A stretch of 64,000 bases of DNA from assembly GCA_030141605.1 (NCBI GenBank), contig JAQGDQ010000377.1, positions 62,001-126,000 of the forward strand. Direction: 5' to 3'. The notes under the pieces were generated by a model. That model was given only the letters and a program-made list of their open reading frames with translations, did not search any database and was not told the origin of the DNA. The translations under genes and the position numbers were made by a program. Below, one piece after another: positions 1 to 10,996 of the stretch (the first letter of the stretch is position 1; each line of letters starts with the position of its first letter). The DNA comes from Tubiluchus corallicola. Its lineage: Eukaryota; Animalia; Priapulida.

Positions 1-283
1 CGTACAAGAAACATGGCAGATCTAAAAGCAGTAATTATTTCCTTGATTTTTTGTCAGAAAAATCTTTACGTTAGTAATCCGTAGAATGCATGAAACAGAG
101 AAATGTGATTAGCATTCAAGTCGTTTTTTTACCCAAGCTCATTTATTTTTCTGCATTTGAGGACATTTTGGGGGCATCGAATTTATGTTAACTCCTTCAG
201 GACAATAAGCGCTGGTTACATTTTGTGCGAATTCATAATTTTGTAAGTTTCTACTCCGTTACCTGGTTACTTCCTCATCTTAA

Positions 284-738
284 CCCTTTAAGTCACAAAT
301 CATTTTTTAATAAGAAAAAAATTTTGCCTTGGTACTTTTGTTCAGTATGTCCATCTTGTTTACACATAATAATTATTTTTTTCTACCTGTGCCCCGCGTG
401 CTAAATATAGCCTGTATCCCACGGGATATATTGGGATTCAATGCATGTTAAACATGATAAAAAACAACTGCTGATAATTTTTTAAAGTATTTAAGACAAT
501 TAGTATGCATGCTATGCTGATCTGTACAAAGTCGTCTCTAGAGTAATGTACCTTGCGCAGTTTTTTGTGCAATGTAGATTTTCTAGTTTGTCATTTTATC
601 ACTATTTTTAGTCTATAGTTATTGGCTTAAATCAAAATAACTATTAACAGGTCAAATAACTGTCAGTTTTAAAATTTTATTAATTTTAAAGGCAGCAAAT
701 ATTCTCGTATCCCACGGGATACAATGGGTGTGAAAGGG
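284..738. mobile_element. piggyBac-like non-autonomous DNA element
   Basis: TTAA on both sides (280-283, 739-742); termini CCCTTT...AAAGGG; motif GTATCCCACGGGATA present twice internally (~414, ~707). Confidence 0.65.
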
Positions 739-943
739 TTAATGAATATTGTGGATAATTAATCTATAATATTGTTTCATAACAAGTTACAAACTTACAT
801 AAAACTGATTCACACAGTGAAAAACAAATTTAAAGACAAAATTGAGGAATCCCACACGTGAGAGATAGACCATTACCGTTTTCGTTTTTAATTTTTCACC
901 AACTGAATCATACTGAATGGATTAGGTATTACTATGTACTTAC

Positions 944-3900
944 TGGTGTTAAGCTACTGACTGGATTGTGTGCACAAATATGAATTGTTTTATTATATCT
1001 TTCGCATCTACCAGTGTCCATTACAGTTAAATCAACTTTTTGTAGACGATCATGTAAGGGTGCAGCTGAAAAAATGCAAAGCAAGTAAAAAGAAGGGAAA
1101 TAAAGCAGGATAGAAAATAAATTGATATACAAAGTGCTTGTAAAGGTATACAATCCCAAATCCCTATAGTAAACAACTAAAATTATAAATTATTATTAAT
1201 AGTGAAAACCTTTGCAATTATTATACAAAATTTGTTACAGTCTTTTACAAATATTTCACTTTTCAAAATAGCTACAGTCAATTAAAGATGGAAAAAGTTT
1301 GAATTCTGTAGTTTATCCATACATAATTTTCCTTTCAATGTTATATTATTTAGCATATTACACTTACTTGCTTGAAAGACATAACAAAATTGCACAAGAA
1401 GATTCCTAACAATTTAAAATGTTCGTGATGTCATGGTAACGTCACTGTATTATGTGTAACCATCCCAGTGTGCACCACTGGCTCAACAAGAAGAATTACT
1501 GATCTTATACACAATTTACACTTTGCTGATTTGGGGATAAAACTGTGCCTTTTTAATTATTTTTTCAATCTTTATGCAGTGTTTATGTTCTGTTTCAAAC
1601 AACTTCCCGTCAAAATGGCAACGCCTAACAGTCATTGCAGAAACTTTGTTTAAATTCTTCGTATGGCGTTACAGCTATTGCAAGCTCTGTTTTTAACCTT
1701 CATTTATGAAGAGTGATTTTTTTTGTGCTTTAATGGTTTTAATTTGCAAAAAATATGTGGCTGAGCATGATTTCTGCTTTTAACATTTCTAATTCTAACC
1801 TCTGTTAGCCATTGGCTAGATGTCTTTTTTAGAATTGATGCTCCCAAATTTCTAATGTGCAAATGATTTACAAGGACATTGTTCGAGGACTTCGAATCGG
1901 TGAAGAGTGAATTTATGGGTCAAACTGTACTGCCGTGAACCGTCGGATATTTGTGATCAGATTTTTCAAAGTCAATGAACAATAATAATGGCGATGTCAC
2001 TGCAGGAGAATAGTGGTGTTGATGCTGTATATATATGTGATAACTTTAGTACAATTATTCGTGGTGATAGTGAGGCATTTTAACACCTTGCTGAATTACA
2101 AGCAATCGTATTATCCTCCTACCTGTTTTTATTGTTTATTGCTTATTTATTTCACATCAACACAAATACACAATTAATACATTAAAAGAAACAAAAAGTT
2201 ATCAATAATTCAATGAATAACAAACAGTAAGATACTTAATAGGAAGCAAATTTTGGTGAAAATGATTTAAACTGTCTTTAGACGTAAGTCAACCTATGGT
2301 AAACAAAGATAGTGATATCGCTACTTCCTTTAATACTGGTGTGTAAACAACGTTATGTACAGCATCATTACAAATATACTAACTTGACTCTCAATACACT
2401 GTGGGGTTGAATGATAAACAAGAGAATTATCCCTGTTGTATGTTGCTTAGTAAATTCGTATACAGTTTACTTTGAGCACATAACTAGTTTAGATATATCA
2501 TTGTTTAGGTTTGCTATATACACAAATGTAAATGTGTTGCGGGCAATCAAAAAGCAAGGCTTGTCAGATTGTTCCACACTGTGAAAGAAAAAAAGTAATG
2601 AAAATAATCTAAAAATTTAAATTACTTAATTTTATTTAATTAAATTTTAAGTACTAAAACTCTGCATACCAAGTCCAGTTCCAGGAAAACCCCATCCTAC
2701 GCCAGTAACGTCTTCGTTAACATAGTCGCCAGTGTAACAAACAGGTATTTTCGCAGGCTTAATGAAATCAGTAAATCTTACGGGTTCATCCATTCTCACT
2801 AGCGCAATGTCATGGTTTTTATAACTGATGCTAACATTGTATTCAGGATGTATTCTATAATAAGATATCTGTAACGAAAAAACGTAACTAGAATTATCTA
2901 TTCGACAGATTTGTGGTTCTTGTTTAACATAGTGATTCAGTGCTTACTAACATTACATTGTATTTGAACGGTGTTTCATAATTACACTTGTAAGTAATTA
3001 ATTCAGCAATTTTAATTTATGAAAAATAGATTATAAAACATATGAAAAATTAACAAATCGAGAATAATTATTTTATTTGTTTACAGTTACATCCATTTCG
3101 CCATTCAGTAGCTAGATGGGCACTAATTCTTGCATTTCGGAAACACATTGCATAAAAAGGTGCTGTACCTCTCAATTCAGGTGTGTTAGTTTCGGAGAGT
3201 AGTCAGAAAAAGTTATAGTAGCAGTAGTTTGTAGTAGAAAAGGTTACCGGTTTGCTAGTCCAAATCTGCGTTAGAAATCTTTGCTTTCTAAAAACTCTTT
3301 GCACTTCTGTTGCTATATTTATACTGTAACAGCAAATCTATGTCATGGAAAACCTTTGAAATAAGTGATAAATTGTTATTGTTGGCATCCTTCTGACTCG
3401 GAAGACAATGGAGTGTGCGCCAAGAGAGTCAGTTATTGATCACATTGATGGAGCTGCAGCGTCGACTGTGGCTGAGCAGTCCGAACCTTGAACCACTGGA
3501 GTGACCTCACCAGGGTGCACACCTGGGCAAGACAACAGGAACCCCCTCTCTTCCTCGCTGGTGTAGTCCAAAGGAAAGCGGAGCGATACGTTTGGCACCA
3601 GGTTGGCTGCAGGAGCTGCCGGGGTCAGTGAGCATGCTGCACTGGTCCGCCTTCGGGGCTCCACTCCTGATTTGGAAGGTTTACTCCTCTACACATGGCC
3701 GTTGGGTCACTTGACCTCCTCCGCCCTCTAGCCGTTGGCTGCTTGCCCAGCTCCTCCGCCTAGTGTCGAGATACAGTGTGGGCACCCCGCAAACTTACAG
3801 CACTTGGTATTCCTAGGAGGTCACCATCCAAGTACTAACCAGACTCTACGTTGCTTAACTTCGGTTAAAATGATAAAAATAGACAAAAAATTAGGTTCAC

Positions 3901-6900
3901 CAGGTGTCTGTTGAAAATTGCAAAATGATATGATCAGCATACATGTAGAAACAACATTCCGAACTTTTACAATATGGGTTTTTTGCAGCATAAAGCAAAT
4001 GCAGTTTATTTTACAGTATAACGTGGACCGAAAAGCATTATTAAAGCAATGGAATAGAACTTCCATTGTACTTGTGGTAGTAAAATAATAGTTGTTTCTG
4101 ATGAACTAAAGTCTGTTTATGACAGTTGTTATAACTGCTTGCTGGTTATTGTTGTTTATTGTGTTGGTGGCTATGGCTCGTGAAGATAGTAGAACAGCCA
4201 CGATGGACATGGCAAACTATCAAGACTTTATTTATCAAACTGCACATTTGTTAAAGATCAAACACAACACGGTAAATATAAGATGATATCAATGCCAACC
4301 CTCCATCTTCAAGTCAGTTCCTAACCTCCCGAGGTGCGGACCTCGAAATCCTCTTGTCAAACTACCTAATGCGCCCTGAGCTTCTGCGCATAAAGATTAC
4401 ATCATCAATCTTTACTTCGGACTCAGCCAATCGAACATCAGCAGATCATCACGTGACATGCGACACCTAACTGGGCTTCTAGCCACGACGATTGTTTAAT
4501 CTTGCATCGCCAAGGACCTGTATTTATTAATTTGGTAATTTAATTACTGATTTGATCTTTAATCACTATCTTAAACAGCTTTCCTTTTCTCTGGTAATTA
4601 TGAACGTATTTTGATCGCTTGGAGAAAGCATTACGCAAAAAAGTGTGGCAAAAAATTGGATCTTCCAAAATGCTAATTAATATGTCCATTGTGATTTTTA
4701 TATCAGGCATTCCTCATAGTGACACTCAGTATGATCAGTAATATACATTTATAATATTATCGTGAATGTTGTTACACAAAAACAAATCTTACCGAACGCG
4801 TTACTGATGACTCGAACAACTTCTTACTTCCGAGAAAAATTCTCAAGTTTTCTGCTATTCCTTGCCTGAAAAAATGACCACAGTGATTCATATACAATGT
4901 GTACACTTAGTCCTGGGTGTGAACAGTAAAAAATAAACATCTGATGGAAAGCTAGTGATGTTAAAATGTAGTACGTTATACGTAGATTTGTCTGCCGTGT
5001 TTAGTAGCAGAAAATTTTCTTAAATAAACGATCTCAGTACCATCAGTACCATCATCTACACGTCCTTTCTATGAATAGTTATGAGTTATGCTTATGTTTA
5101 TCTTATCTTATCTTATCTTATCTTATCTTATCTTATCTTATCTTATCTTATCTTATCTTATCTTATCGTATCGTATCGTATCGTATCTTATCTTATCTTA
5201 TCTTATCTTATCTTATCTTATCTTATCTTATCTTATCTTATCTTATCTTATCTTATCTTATCTTATCTTATCTTATCTTATCTTATCTTATCTTATCTTA
5301 TCTTATCTTATCTTATCTTATCTTATCTTATCTTATCTTATCTTATCTTATCTTATCTTATCTTATCTTATCTTATCTTATCTTATCTTATCTTATCTTA
5401 TCTTATCTTATCTTATCTTATCTTATCTTATCTTATCTTATCTTATGCTTATCTTTTCACACTTTTCCTACACACTTCGTGTGTCCAACGATTTTTGATG
5501 GGCAATTCATTTATAAGAAAAGCAGACATACATACTCTAAAAGACAGTGAGCAGCCGTCAAGATCCAAACTTTGTCAAGGAGGGTTCCTCCGCAATAAGC
5601 GACGTCACCACCCTTTACAAATCCAACCTTTGAGAAAACAATTTACAAAATAAGTTGTATTGGTTGTGATGGAATTTGTCTTCTGCATAATTTCATACAA
5701 GTAATTTTTTGCAGTAAAATGGTGCTCGAATTTGTTTATGAAGAACTGAAGATGGTCGATTGACACCAAAAAGCGATCATGCAGAAAATGGATAGTGTGA
5801 AAGTTGTAACTGTATATTTAGGTGCTGCCATCTATTGATTCGTTACTTTAACATTTACTAGTTCGATTCACCCCTTAATGCAATTGTTCAGTCCAGTGAA
5901 TATGCAAACTCACTGGATCTCCCCTATTTTCACTGTAATGGGATATGTGAAGCCAAGTTCTTGCATAGTTCTCTACCTATATAAACTGGCTAGATTTCAC
6001 TGCTAGTCACTCTCTGTCTCAGGCAGTGCAGTCGTGCAACTCATGAGACTCACTGTCTCTCTGTCATAGGCAGTGCAGTCGTGCAACTCATGGGACACAC
6101 TGTCTCTCTGTCTCAGGCAGTGCAGTCGTGCAACTCATGGGACACACTGTCTCTCTGTCACACACTCAGTGCTGTGCAGCAGTTGTGATCATCATTTTAC
6201 TTGTGCATTTTACTGTGTATTTAGTGCAATAAAAGTGTTTCAGTTTTGTGCAAACATGTAATCTGGTGTTTAGTTGTTTTCTACAAGTGTTCCATTTCAA
6301 CTTCACAAATATCTTTCACAGATAGAATAGTTTTCTTGCGTCTACTGCTGTCACATGCGAGACTGAATTATTTTGATGATGTTTACGAGAAAATAAGTAT
6401 AAGCTTTGGTTTTCATAAACAAAAACATAATGTATGTAAAAATTGGTCCCTGAAATGCGATAACCAAAAGGGTTATGCTGAGTGCGAGCACATGTCCTTA
6501 GGTTGTACTGAAGCATATCGCTAAGCATCGGCCGACCAGCTAAGTGGCACCTGGCATTTGTTAGTATATGTAGTTTGTACTAGAGAGAAAAGAATTATGT
6601 AATAAATATGAAAAAGGAAAAGTTAGGTAGGTCAGTAAGAACAGGATAGCGCTAAAAACAGTTTGGAGAAAGAAGGTCATGGGAGTAGGTTTACACATTA
6701 TAGTTTTAGTTTTTTGAAAGGTAATTATATTCTCATTTTTGCAGGAGTGTAATTATAATCATAAAATAATCTGTATTAATGGAGAGAAATTTTGTATGTA
6801 TATAGTTACGATATTTTTCGAGGAATATGCTATGAAAGGAGTAAGGAATACAAAAAGGCAAGTACAAATACAGATTTTTGGAGTCATCAGGAGGAACTTG

Positions 6901-8793
6901 AGAGTTGAGTTTCTGCCGCTAAGTATAAGCTTTGTATGTTTAATATGTTGAGGATATTAAGGTTTTTTGGTCAAAATTAATTGGGACTTCTGCAGGATAT
7001 GTTTATTGCAGACCATGTGATTGCAAATACTGCAATTCTGATTAACTTGCTGGTCATTGAAAATTTTTTTCTTTTTACACAATATTGTGTTAATGCCCAT
7101 ACAATGAGTCTTTGCAAATAAAAACAGCTAACAGATCAATTAAGAAGAGGTCTTAAGCTTTGTAATGATCACGAAAAGGATATTTTTGGGCTTTGTGCAA
7201 TTTTGCTAAATTTATTAAGCGCTTATCCTGTTTTGTTCAGTAAGTGAAGCGTTTTTATGGGGCTAAAAGCGGATTTTTGTGAAGTAGTTAAATTAGTTCC
7301 CCGCTTAAATAAAAACAGTGCATATCTTCAAATAACTAATAAAATGTCCAAATGGAATATGTTATTATGCAAATGCAGGACATGAGCTTTTTGTGCACGA
7401 AGGATTTCGTAAGAGAATTGTGCAAAATTTTACACGCAGGTTAGCTATAATGGCGCTTGTGACACGCCGCTGTTATGTTCATTGTCCTGCTGTAGCTGCT
7501 ATCACTGCGGGAATGGGCATTGCTAAAGTTGACTTTGCTACAGTGACTAGCTACAGCGCCATCTAGGGGTGAGGTAAAAAACAATGCAAGTGCGTAACTG
7601 CCCCTCTTCCAGTCGTATCGTATCACTTGATATTGCAACTAAATGAAGGGCATCAAAGGAAATCTTAATTATTTTGAGCAGGTTGTGTCGGTTTCTCTTC
7701 TAATTTCAAAGAGGTAAAATGTACTATCTCTGTCTCATTGCCCGTGTTAAGTCACGAAATTTTAGAAAAATTGGTAAATCTTCTTCAGCCAGAGGCAGAA
7801 ACTTCTCTGCCTTTAACGATGTTTTGAGTAAGATGGCAAATAGTAGCTGCAATGGACACATCCTGCAGACATCTTTTTTTTTAAAAAGTCAATAATAATG
7901 TCGCAACACACTGGGCTTTCACTTTATTTCTCATAAATATCAGCAAAGTTTAAACTGTAACAGGCAACAAATACTTCTGGAATGAAAAGGAAAGAGTACT
8001 TTCCACTATTTTTCACAATGTTAAGGAAAGAATACTTTCCACTATTTTTCAATCTTAAGAGAAGAGTACTTTTCACTATTTTCACAATCTTAAGGAAAGA
8101 ATACTTTCCACTATTTTTCACAATCTTAAGGAAAGAATACTTTCCACTATTTTTCAATCTTAAGAAAAGAGTACTTTCCACTATTTTTCACAATCTTAAG
8201 GAAGAATACTTTCCACTATTTTTCAATCTTAAGAAAAGAGTACTTTTCACTATTTTTCACAATCTTAAGGAAAGAATACTTTCCACTATTTTTCACAATC
8301 TTAAGGAAAGAATACTTTCCACTATTTTTCAATTTTAAGAAAAGAGTACTTTTCACTATTTTCACAATTTTATGAAAAGAATACTTCAGCTATTTTACAA
8401 TCTTAAGAAAAGAAAACTTTTCACTGTTTTTGCAATCCTTTCATTCATTACGATAAATTATGCGTTTACAGGTATATCGTGGTTTACAGGTACAGGTGAG
8501 ATACACAGAATCTCTGTTGATGTTTATGAGAAAATAAGTAAAAATACAATAAAATAATTATAATCTTTGTTATTCAGATTGTATTAAAAACTTTTTGTGT
8601 ATCTTTGGAAAACAGTTAGTAGTCCATTTTAGATACTAATTTTCATGTATTCTTGCCTTAGTGAATTACTGCAGTAGCATTGATTGAGAATTGCACATGT
8701 AAAATATTGCATTCAATTTTGAACACACCGTGAATGAAAATTCTTTCGGCGCTACGTCGACTCCAGTTCTAATCCTTGGTTCTGCAGTCTGTC
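944..8793 (-). CDS. S1A (trypsin-fold) serine protease paralog A, partial
   Basis: Phase-compatible GT-AG exons: 8793-8729 (QTAEPR|IRTGVDVAPKEFSFT), 5627-5536 (VGFVKGGDVAYCGGTLLDKVWILTAAHCLL), 4865-4793 (QGIAENLRIFLGSKK..), 2868-2670 ([33 protein letters not shown]), 1065-944 (LQKVDLTVMDTGRC..ICAHNPVSSLTP). His57 and Asp102 motifs present. The GDSGGP exon is not found in 1-943, so it presumably lies left of the window. Signal-peptide exon not identified. Confidence 0.9.
3385..3865 (-). mobile_element. 5S rRNA-derived SINE (SINE3-like), 5'-truncated, with GC-rich body and RTE-like tail
   Basis: Minus strand starts with the 3' ~75 nt of 5S rRNA, runs directly into a ~400-nt GC-rich body, and ends GTCTTCCGAGTCAGAAGGATGCC plus an (AAC/AAT) tail; located in a protease A intron. 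Confidence 0.65.
3791..3865 (-). pseudogene. 5S rRNA 3' fragment (head of the SINE)
   Basis: Reverse complement ACCGAAGTTAAGCAACGTAGAGTCTGGTTAGTACTTGGATGGTGACCTCCTAGGAATACCAAGTGCTGTAAGTTT follows the eukaryotic 5S 3' half, including the internal control region; the 5' ~45 nt are absent. Confidence 0.85.
5098..5450. repeat. (ATCTT)n pentanucleotide microsatellite
   Basis: Direct read, with a few ATCGT variants. Confidence 0.98.
5796..6320 (+). mobile_element. Solo LTR with 5-bp TSD
   Basis: TGTGAAAG...CTTTCACA inverted termini, flanking GATAG/GATAG duplication, TATATAAA and AATAAA inside, internal short tandem repeats at ~6010-6160. Confidence 0.85.
7987..8430. repeat. ~36-38-bp minisatellite (AAGGAAAGAATACTTTCCACTATTTTTCACAATCTT)
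   Basis: About 12 degenerate tandem copies. Confidence 0.9.
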
Positions 8794-10012
8794 CTATAAA
8801 CAATTTGCAATATTAACCTTACATACAGGGTGGCAAGAAATAACAGACACATTAGACAATGCTAGGCAAGATGAGAAGTTCATGTAAATTATGTTTTAAA
8901 TACTTTTCCCATTTTTTCTGATATTATAACACATTTTCCAATTTTATCACAGTTGAAAAAATGACTGGTCTGTTCAGAAACTCGTGAACGAGAAGAATGT
9001 CTATCAGAGTTGCACAAGCAAAACTTTCTATCTAAATCAGATTTAGAACTTTCATTTCCTTTTGTTGGATTTACCTGTTTCCTTTTTTCTTTCCCACGTC
9101 GGTCCCACTGTCCCCCACAGGGGACTTGAGGTTTTAATTGGCATAACTCTCTTAAATCGCTTTTAATCAAATGGAGACCCGAAGGCCCGTGTAGAGGACA
9201 TGTAGCTGCTGCCATCTGTACAAAAATTTAGGAAGCTCCATTCAATAAATTGGTCTGGTATCCAGTTAAAATGGGAGTAAGCGGAGGAAAACAGGTAAAA
9301 TATGCTTCTTTACAACTTTTGATGGGTAAACGGATAGTTTAGTTTATATGTACAACAATCCAAGATACGTTTAATTGTGCTTTAAGCTTCGTACACGCGA
9401 ACACTCGCTTCTGATAACCAGTTTTCGGCGTTGTCCCCTAGAGGGGACATTATATATATATTCATAAGGGGATTTATAACGATCAGAAAACTCTGGGACC
9501 GACGAGGATATATAAAAGGTTTTGTAATTCCCTGACACCCTTTACCTTTATGCTACCATGCACATTGAAATACATTTTAATATTCATACATGTATACATA
9601 ATTACTTTATTAATTAGTGTTGATCCACATATCCTATTCGTATCCAAAAATGGTATATTCGTATCCGATACCATCCGGTAGTTATAAAAACATGATATTC
9701 GCAAATGTTCTCTATCCGGTCTCCGTAATGTGCAATTGAAAACGGTTTTCGAAAATTTAGCAGCAGAAAATAGATAATAAAACTTTGCCAAAAAGCTTAG
9801 GGATCATCTTAGCCTATGTTTGTGTTTTCAAGACGAATATTTTACACTCATCTTTTTTCGTTTGTGTGTCATGTGTATCCTTGGGCTTGGTATTTTAAGA
9901 TGATAGACTAAATGAAAGCGCTAAGGTTTGCAAACGTGTACTACCTTTCTTTCATATATATATACGTCGACTCCAGTTCTAATGCTTTACATATATATAC
10001 ATGCATGTAAAG

Positions 10013-10267
10013 AATTGGAAAATGTCTGATCATGTCAATCATGTTCTGGGGTAATCATGTACGTAATTATGAATAAATAAATTGCATATTTATATTTGTA
10101 TAAATATATGTGTTTGTATATATATATATATATATATATACATGTTTGTATGTATATATTTATTTATACGTATGTATTTGTACATAATATATGCATATTC
10201 TATTTATTTATCACATATGAACATGATTAAACCAAAAAATGATTAAATGGTCAGACATCTTCCAATT
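10013..10267. mobile_element. Fold-back/MITE-like element with AT-microsatellite core
   Basis: Imperfect inverted arms AATTGGAAAATGTCTGATCAT.. / ..ATGGTCAGACATCTTCCAATT. Confidence 0.5.
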
Positions 10268-10601
10268 TCTGTAAAGGATCTAATTTGTTCACTTAGTTGG
10301 TATGAATAACGTGCCATTGACAGAGACTAACCTTTGTGAGACGAGCCACTAGATGTAGCTGTAGTAGATGTAGAAGATGGAGCAGACAGACATTCATCAA
10401 ACCAAAACCTTGCGGAAAACACTAATAATAGCGTAGCCACTAGTGCTGTCTTGGAGGATGACATTTCTGAAAATGTTTAATGGAAAGGAGCAGAACGGAA
10501 AATAAATAAAAAACACAGAAGTTTGTAAACATGGCAGCTGATCTAATGAAACCATGAATGACGTTTTGCACTTTGATGAGATTGGAATCATTGGAAAGTG
10601 G

Positions 10602-10996
10602 CGTGGAAGTTGTAACTGTATATTTTTAGGTGCTGCCATCTATTGACTAATCATTTTACATTTTACTAGCCAAACTCACCCCTAGTATAATTGTACGGTC
10701 CAGTGAATATGCGTACTCACTGGATCTCTCCCTATTTTTACTGTAATGGTATTTGTGAAGCCAAGTTTGCATAGTTACCTCTACCTATATATACTGGCTG
10801 GATTTTACTTCTAGCCACTGCCTCACTCTCAGTGATCAGTGCAGGACACTCTTGTCCTCAGTGTGCAGTGTAGCAGTCATTCTACATATGTGTATGTAGT
10901 CTAATAAACCTTTTGAGTTTTGTGCAGATATGCAGTACAGTGTTTTATTCTTTTTCTACAAAGTGTTCAACTACAACCTAATACATGACTTTCACA
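10602..10996 (+). mobile_element. Solo LTR, same family as 5796-6320
   Basis: Aligns with 5796-6320 (TGTAACTGTATATTT..GGTGCTGCCATCTATTGA..CCAGTGAATATGC..CACTGGATCTC); ends CTTTCACA; TSD AGTGG/AGTGG; 5' TG mutated to CG. Confidence 0.85.

Noticed and set aside
3791-3865. Functional 5S rRNA gene
   Set aside because: The 5' ~45 nt are missing, there are several substitutions, and it is fused to a retroelement-like body
5071-5653. ORF-track proteins of type LILSY, poly-L/N/Y, ER/LS, HT/CV, poly-T/V here and elsewhere
   Set aside because: They are translations of microsatellites; only the Thr-rich tract at 16080-16270 lies within a supported exon
8794-8930. Sequence conserved with 58147-58270 as a signal-peptide exon followed by a 30-33-nt intron
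   Set aside because: Phases do not fit and stops occur in the required frame in both paralogs; treated as retained intronic similarity
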